Assembly: GCA_051294905.1 (NCBI GenBank) | Contig: CM119373.1 | Location: 3,722,001 to 3,786,000 of the forward strand | From: Botryllus schlosseri | Lineage: Eukaryota | DNA length: 64,000 nucleotides | Direction: 5' to 3' | Part shown: positions 57,853 through 64,000 of the stretch, in pieces | How positions within the stretch are numbered: the stretch's first letter is position 1 | Layout: every line of letters begins with the position of its first letter | The notes under the pieces: model-generated | What the model was told of the DNA's origin: nothing | Seen by the model: the letters and a program-made list of their open reading frames with translations, nothing else | Databases searched by the model: none | Program-made: the position numbers and the translations under genes

Positions 57853-59453
57853 TTAACACAAATTGCATGTCTTCTGGCACATTCTCAGAACGGAGGGATA
57901 TTTTCTCCCGTCGCAGTATGTCTTCCACGACGGACAGTATCGATTCTTGTCGTCGCATTCTGTAAAAGTGGGAATATGATGAAACGACTGTGCCAGGACC
58001 TTTATTGGCCATATCGCAGAATACGAAACATGTAGTACAGATCTACGCACGGCAGTTGAAATGACATGTCTGTGAAGTCGTGATTAACGCACAACATTGT
58101 TACAAAGTGCAATGAAATAAGGTTTTTGTTTGTTTGTGTTATTCATGGTGTTTGTCGACTACTATGGTCATTTACACCAGGCCTATATTCTTAATTTTTA
58201 TTCCGTAACTACCGACTTGTAGCACGGCTCACTTCCAAGCTTTTTTCTAAGAAACCGCTTACACGGATGAGACGGGGAGGAGGAACCTAGATAAACCTCA
58301 AACACTTACGTAGGAACCCGCTACCCTTTGGTAATAAAGCTGTGGATTATACCACGACGGTATATCGTCACAATTAAATAAGGTATGGTCGTAATTTAGA
58401 GCTGGGCATGGACAGGAGCGGGATTGGATATCAGGCCGGATTTTCTCTATGCTTGTTCGGAGCTGGATCAGTACTTTTTTCTGATAGCCTACTGCTGGAG
58501 TCAGATCGGAGCAGGATCAGTCCGTTTCGCTAAAACTAAGAGAGCCTAACCCTCTTTCACCCTCGAATCAATAGGTAAAGTGAAACGTTTTGGAAATAAA
58601 CCACATGCCAAGTCCAAGTTGGCATAATTACGTCAGATAAGGGTTGGGTTTCATCCTTGAGTTCTCAATTCCCTGTTTTCACCGTTTTAATCAATATTCA
58701 ATACCACCCTGTGGGTAAATAATTATTAACGGAGTTTTTCGGAGCGGATCATGGTCATTTTAAGCATCCGGCCTAGGAGTAGGACCGTAGTCGGATCGTA
58801 ACTTTGAAGAACGGGGTCGGAGTAGGTCCGGAGAATTTGTCGATCCGCTCCGCAATATCGTGAGCGTGATGTAGAAGTTGTTTTATACTATTTGAAGTCG
58901 CATAATTGGTACACATCATTCCTACTGTATTAGAGGTATACTGTGTGATACTTAAATGCTCAGCTCAAAGCCTAATACTCGATGCAGAATTTAGAACAGA
59001 CTTATTCGATTCTACCCAGTTCTACTGACCGTCTCTGAGAAGTCAGGTTATAGACAAATTTTCTTACGTTGTTGAGTGCACCGTTTGCAGCTCTTTTTGC
59101 ACTTGACAAGCATGTATCGCGGGTTTTTAGTGCATTCCCCGACTCTGGCCCATGCTCTGCAATTACTATTCTCGTCAACGCAGGATCCGGTGGGCTTCCT
59201 GGTAGTCGTTCTTTTGCTCGTGGTGGGTGTGATAGTAGAGGTGCCGCACTCTTTACAGCTTTTCTTACAGTTGAAAAGCATATAGCCCGGGTTTTTCTTA
59301 CATTCACCTCTGTCCGCCCTTGATTTGCAACGGTTGTTTTTATCCGTGCAGGATCCTCCAGGTTTGGTAACGACAGGGCGAGCCGTGTTGGTGGTACCGC
59401 CAGTGCCCTTGGTGCCTCCGTACATAGCATTCAGCTGTTTGTCGTCCTCGGTT
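57853..59453 (-). pseudogene. 3' exons of a paralogous astacin-ShK gene, probably disrupted
   Basis: Exon ~59453-59068 (TEDDKQLNAMYGG + 2 ShK, donor C|GTAAGA) splices in phase to 57959-57853 (QCDDKNRYCPSWKTYCDGRKYPSVLRMCQKTCNLC*), followed by AATAAA near 57794. Exon layout matches 29767-26787. The 5' part of the exon is replaced by sequence starting CCCAGGTAAC at 59454; a conserved Cys (YEC to YGG) and a ShK Trp (to Arg) are lost. Confidence 0.7.
58122..58370 (-). mobile_element. SINE (second family) with degenerate tRNA-like head
   Basis: Body homologous to 36677-36855; ACAA-like tail; GAGGTTTATCT motif shared with the 9780 SINE. Confidence 0.6.
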
Positions 59454-60908
59454 CCCAGGTAACACGGCCACTTGGGGACAACAAGGGACCAACGCGGGTC
59501 GAAAGCAGGTGACCACGAGGGAAACCAACTGGTAACCACAAAATTGTGGCGGCTATATCTGTCGGTATTAGGTAGGGTACCAATTGGGTGCCCCACGACG
59601 CCAGATAGGTGCCACAGCCCGCCGCCGCAGTCGACCACTAGCCCTGTCTCCTACTTCTGTACTATCTCACCCACTAATATCATACCCCGAAACCTAATAC
59701 AATAACATCTATTCACACAGTTATCGGGCAAATCAGTATATTGCAAAATTTATACATGCAGTGAAACTATATACAGTTGGCGATAGTGAGTAGTAACAAA
59801 TGAACAAACCAAGATGTATGGGACACGGCAGATCACCCTTGTCCTTTTAGAAGTGTACCTTGTGGTGTCGCACGTTGGCTTGAAAAATTTGAGTGATCCA
59901 CAAGTAATTCGAGGCAGTAATTTGAGGTATAGTAAGAGGTGATGAAAAAATTATCAAAATTGGCAAGACTTTAAAAAGACGCAATTACCTCTAGCTAGCA
60001 AAAGAATACTAAAAGACATGGCAAGAATATGTACAAAGAGGCAGTGTCACATGAAGCAAGGTAATGCATGATAAAGAAATTGGAAAGCAATGTGCAAAAA
60101 GGCATCACATAAAGTAAGGAAAAGAATGATAAAACACATGGCAAGGATATGTACATTGTACAGAAAGCATTATTATATGAAGCAGTGATCAACTGAAATC
60201 GGTTACTGTAGTCATTCAATATGCAAGTCAAACATGATTACGTCAGGGCATGACATTAATTTCAAAATCTGAAGAGGCAGCAGGTACGAGATCAGTTTCG
60301 GAACGTGAAGAGTTTGCAAGGGGTAGTGTGCAATTCATCTCAATTTGTTTTCTAGGGAATTTCTTGGTGTGAATAATTCCGAATGCAACACACACATTCC
60401 CCAATTTTTCAACTTAACACGTGGACCATTCTAACGAAAGGATGTCGTTCTATGCCAGGCAGATATTAAAACTAACTAGACGAGCCAACTTCAAATTCCA
60501 CCATTCAACATAACGATAGACGTATGTTTTTAGTTTCACAGCAGATACGCGGAATTTCTCCCGTGCAAATAAATAAGCATTAACATCGGCTACAGAAAAC
60601 CATCCAATATATTCAGTGTAACATTCGTACAGCGTACATTTGGCAGGTCTACCATAAAGATATGACGCGGCAAAGAAACTACACGACTGCACTCGCCAAG
60701 TATTTCTACTCTTTCAGAATTCTCCAATAGGTTTTGCCTACTTGCACCACTTACTCAATCAAATATGTTTAGACTACTCCAACTTCTAATTGGACAGTTT
60801 AGGAAAAACTGACTACTTACTCTCTACAATTTGGATTTTGTAAGGTGGCTAGTAGTTTCAGGATGAGTCTGTTTAAACAACAGCATGAAATAGCCTCTTC
60901 ATCTACAG

Positions 60909-62475
60909 CAAGGGTCGGCAACCTACGGCCCGCGGGCCGGATCCGGCCCGCCAAGCGAAATCGTCCGGCCCGCGACATAATAATTAGTTACCACAAGAAT
61001 ACGGCCCGCCGTTTCACAATGCCTTTCAATCTGCAGTGCCGCACTGCTTGGAAAGAATGCGGTATTGCTACGATATAAGTTTCCTACATCGTATTAGTCT
61101 ATGTTGACGCCATAGAACGAAGGCGGTTAAAGTAGGAGATGAAGATTGTCTGTTTAGAGTAGAATAGATCAGTGCTTATCAATCGGGTTTATCTCGCCAC
61201 CGAAAGTGTACCATACTTTGTAACGGGTTTACCGATGGGGTGAGACAATAAAGGTGTCCTTCCTCTGCTTCAAAAACGCTTGGAACATCTCAGACGCAAT
61301 GACAAAATCTCAAACTTACGCTGTTTAATTACAGATAACTAGCCTCCGTAGGTTAGTTATCCATAGTTTGATTCCCAAAAGGCATTGTGCGCCAAGACAA
61401 AAAAGCTGAAGTGTTTTGGCCACAATGATGAAAACTGTTAATATGATTTTGTCTCACAAACTGAATCACCAACATTGTTACGCCAAATATTACTAGAAGC
61501 ACAGATTCAATATGACGATGTAATGTATATCTGCCATGTTCGCGCATTAAGTCGAGCAGCTATGCCTGCACGAGTCTATGAACTGAGAAATGAAATGGCA
61601 CCTTTCCTCGAAAATACAAATATCGCCGACTCATAATCTTATAATCGAAAATGGATATCTAATCTTGCTCTCCGGGTACATTTAACGTCACATCTGAACA
61701 AATTGAATTTGCAACTTCGGCGGGAAAACTATTGAATACATGAGATGTTGAGGCGCATTTGAAACAAATCTGCGTCTCGGGGAATTTCAACAGTACGAAG
61801 AAAATTATGCTCACTTTCCTATACTGGAGGAGAGAAAACCTAGTACCAACGCTATATTTGTAACTGTGATACGAAATTTAATTACTGAATATTCACCCGC
61901 TTTACCGACTTTTCTTCTGCAAAATAAATTCCATTTAATGTGGACGCCAATAGCATTGCCTGAAAATTTCAAAGGGGCCTTTTTGAAATGCGATGCAGTT
62001 GGATTGAATGACAAATTTAATACAAAGAGCATATCGCTGCATGACATTGATAAAGAGTACGTTATTGAAATTTATCTTTATTCCAGCTTGTCCAACAATG
62101 CAGAAGACATTGCATCGATTTTTGGTAGCACGTACGCATGTGAGCAATAGTTTTGAACAGTAAAATTCACGAAGAGCAAGCTAAGATCACGTATTTCGGA
62201 CGCCCATTTCGAATATGGTCTGATTCTGGCTTCATCTGACTTGTTATCAGAAGTTGAAAACCTTTCACAAAGCAAGCTGCGTCAATTGTCACATTTATTC
62301 TGCGTTGTTGAAGTGTAAATACATGTGTTTTATGATTGGTATGATAAAGATTGCAGCAATGTAGGATAATATACCGAAGTAAGCGTAAAATATAGTATTA
62401 AGAGAAATTCCGGCCCGCCAAACAGTTGCACACTCGAAATTTGGCCCGCGACTAGCAAAAGGTTGCCGACCCCTG
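60909..62475 (+). mobile_element. Decayed, internally deleted Buster/SPIN/Charlie-type hAT element (GTF2IRD2-like transposase remnants)
   Basis: TIR CAAGGGTCGGCAACCT / AGGTTGCCGACCCCTG, TSD ATCTACAG on both sides, GGCCCG subterminal motifs. Remnant peptides LSRAAMPARVYELRNEMAPFL, KWISNLA...HLNKLNLQL and IASIFGSTYACEQ, with stops and frameshifts. Confidence 0.88.
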
Positions 62476-63227
62476 ATCTACAGTGAAGGCATAAATTAGT
62501 CATTTTGCATTAGCCTACAAAGACACAGATTTCGATTTCGAAATTAGCCTTCCCGAATAACTGCTAAAAGTATGCAATCCATTGAAAAAAGTCTACACTC
62601 TGATACTACTCAATTCATTTTGTACTTCCACCTCCACCTGAAATAGTTTTTACATGTCTTGGAAATTGCTCCTTCCACTCCAAATTTGGTAAAGCATGAC
62701 TCCTACTCGAGTACCTCTGGCAATATTTCAATGTCTTGGTATGTCCTGGCACAAGAACGTCCAGAGTGCAATACAGGGTTGTAACCAAGTCACATGGTTC
62801 CGAGTCACGAGTCAATCATACTTTTGTGGTTTTGACTCGAGTCGAGTCGAGTCATTTTCAATTCATCACAGACTCGAGTCCGAGTCCAAGTCACCGTTTA
62901 AAGGGTCAAGTCCGAGTCATGGTGTAATGACTCGAGTCGAGTCCAAGTCACAGTATTGAAGTCATGTTCAACTCATGTTTTCAATCCTGCTTGGGTGATA
63001 TCGAATTCCTTGTTTGCGAAACATGATCATTTTGTCCCTATCAGAGTCTTGGCACGTGTTTATTTAGGCAGATAACGGACAGGTCCTGGCCTCATTTACC
63101 GATGCTAAATATAACTTTACTAATCTTAGAACTTAAAATCAAATATCTCTCTTGTCAGTCTGATACATCACCAATACAAGCATTCAGTTTTTATTATGAG
63201 CACATCGACGATAGCTCACGAATAGCT

Positions 63228-63320
63228 GATAGAGAACCAACGAATTCATGTCTACATACTATCTGATAGAGAACCAACAAATTCACATCAAGATACTAGT
63301 TGATAGAGAATCAATAGATG
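63228..63320 (+). repeat. 37-bp tandem repeat (about 2.5 units)
   Basis: GATAGAGAACCAA recurs at 37-bp spacing. Confidence 0.6.
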
Positions 63321-63488
63321 TATGTTTATGTAGAGGTATTTACAACAGGCCAGCATGCCGTAAAAGCGTGCATGCAACTATGTGCATTGTGCAGTGACAA
63401 CAGAACAGATACCTTTTGATTATACTAAAGGTTTTCCCAATTGCATTACAGACTACATCGCAGTTACAGCATTGGATAAATAATTGTA

Positions 63489-63979
63489 CAATGGGGCTGT
63501 TCAAAAACATTTTTTTCAAATTTTCCGGCTACTTCTTAAAATTGCTAGATTGCCTAAAAAATCAAATTTGGCTCAATTCCAACCAGTAGAAAGCAATGCT
63601 ATGAAAGAAAATTTTAGACTAATTACAAATAGAGATTTTAGAATTTTACCGGCTATCTCATGATATTGTTACATTGTGTAAAAATATGATTCATAGCAAA
63701 TTTGACTCAATTCCAACTAGAAAAAGAGAAGTTATTAGAGTAGAATGTTTTGGATATGAAACAATAGTCGGCTTACTACTATGTAATTATATTATATGAA
63801 AGAATTTCTCACTAAAATACTCCATTTATTTTCAAATCCAAAATATTCTCCTCTCACATCATTGATTCCACTTTTTTCAAATTAAGCCAGATTCAGTGTT
63901 CCTTTTATGCAACATAACAATTTTATCAAGTAACCACCCAGTAAAATAAAAAAGAAGTTATTTTAGAACAGCCATATTG
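63489..63979. mobile_element. Diverged palindromic MITE (TAGGGCTGTTCA family)
   Basis: Ends tgtaCAATGGGGCTGTTCA / AGAACAGCCATATTGtaca. Confidence 0.7.
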
Positions 63980-64000
63980 TACAAACATCACACAACATTA

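Noticed and set aside
59700..64000. Upstream astacin exons for the second paralogue
   Set aside because: No HExxH or SxMHY exon found on the minus strand; the region appears to be repeat-derived.

Overview
AT-rich, intron- and transposon-rich animal genomic DNA (invertebrate; possibly a tunicate or other marine deuterostome, which is inference only). I assembled four spliced genes by hand from GT-AG boundaries and reading-frame phases. (1) The 5' seven coding exons of ASCC3 (minus strand, runs off the left edge). (2) A complete RPS14 (plus, 151 aa) with a 5'TOP leader exon. (3) A 16-exon, ~711-aa secreted astacin metalloprotease (minus, 26787-50721) with an unusual order: signal peptide, F5/8C discoidin, antistasin-like, pro-region, astacin, Thr-rich, 3x ShK. 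(4) The last two exons of a paralogous astacin-ShK gene whose penultimate exon is cut by an insertion. Mobile DNA includes an intact hAT transposon (54011-56906; 13-bp TIRs, 8-bp TSD, 677-aa ORF), a decayed Buster-type hAT, many 8-bp-TSD MITEs, tRNA-derived SINEs, a ~42-bp satellite and foldback elements with telomere-like cores. Two families of Penelope-like retroelement 3' ends carry minimal hammerhead ribozymes; one copy forms a palindrome with a ribozyme on each strand and hosts the intact hAT.
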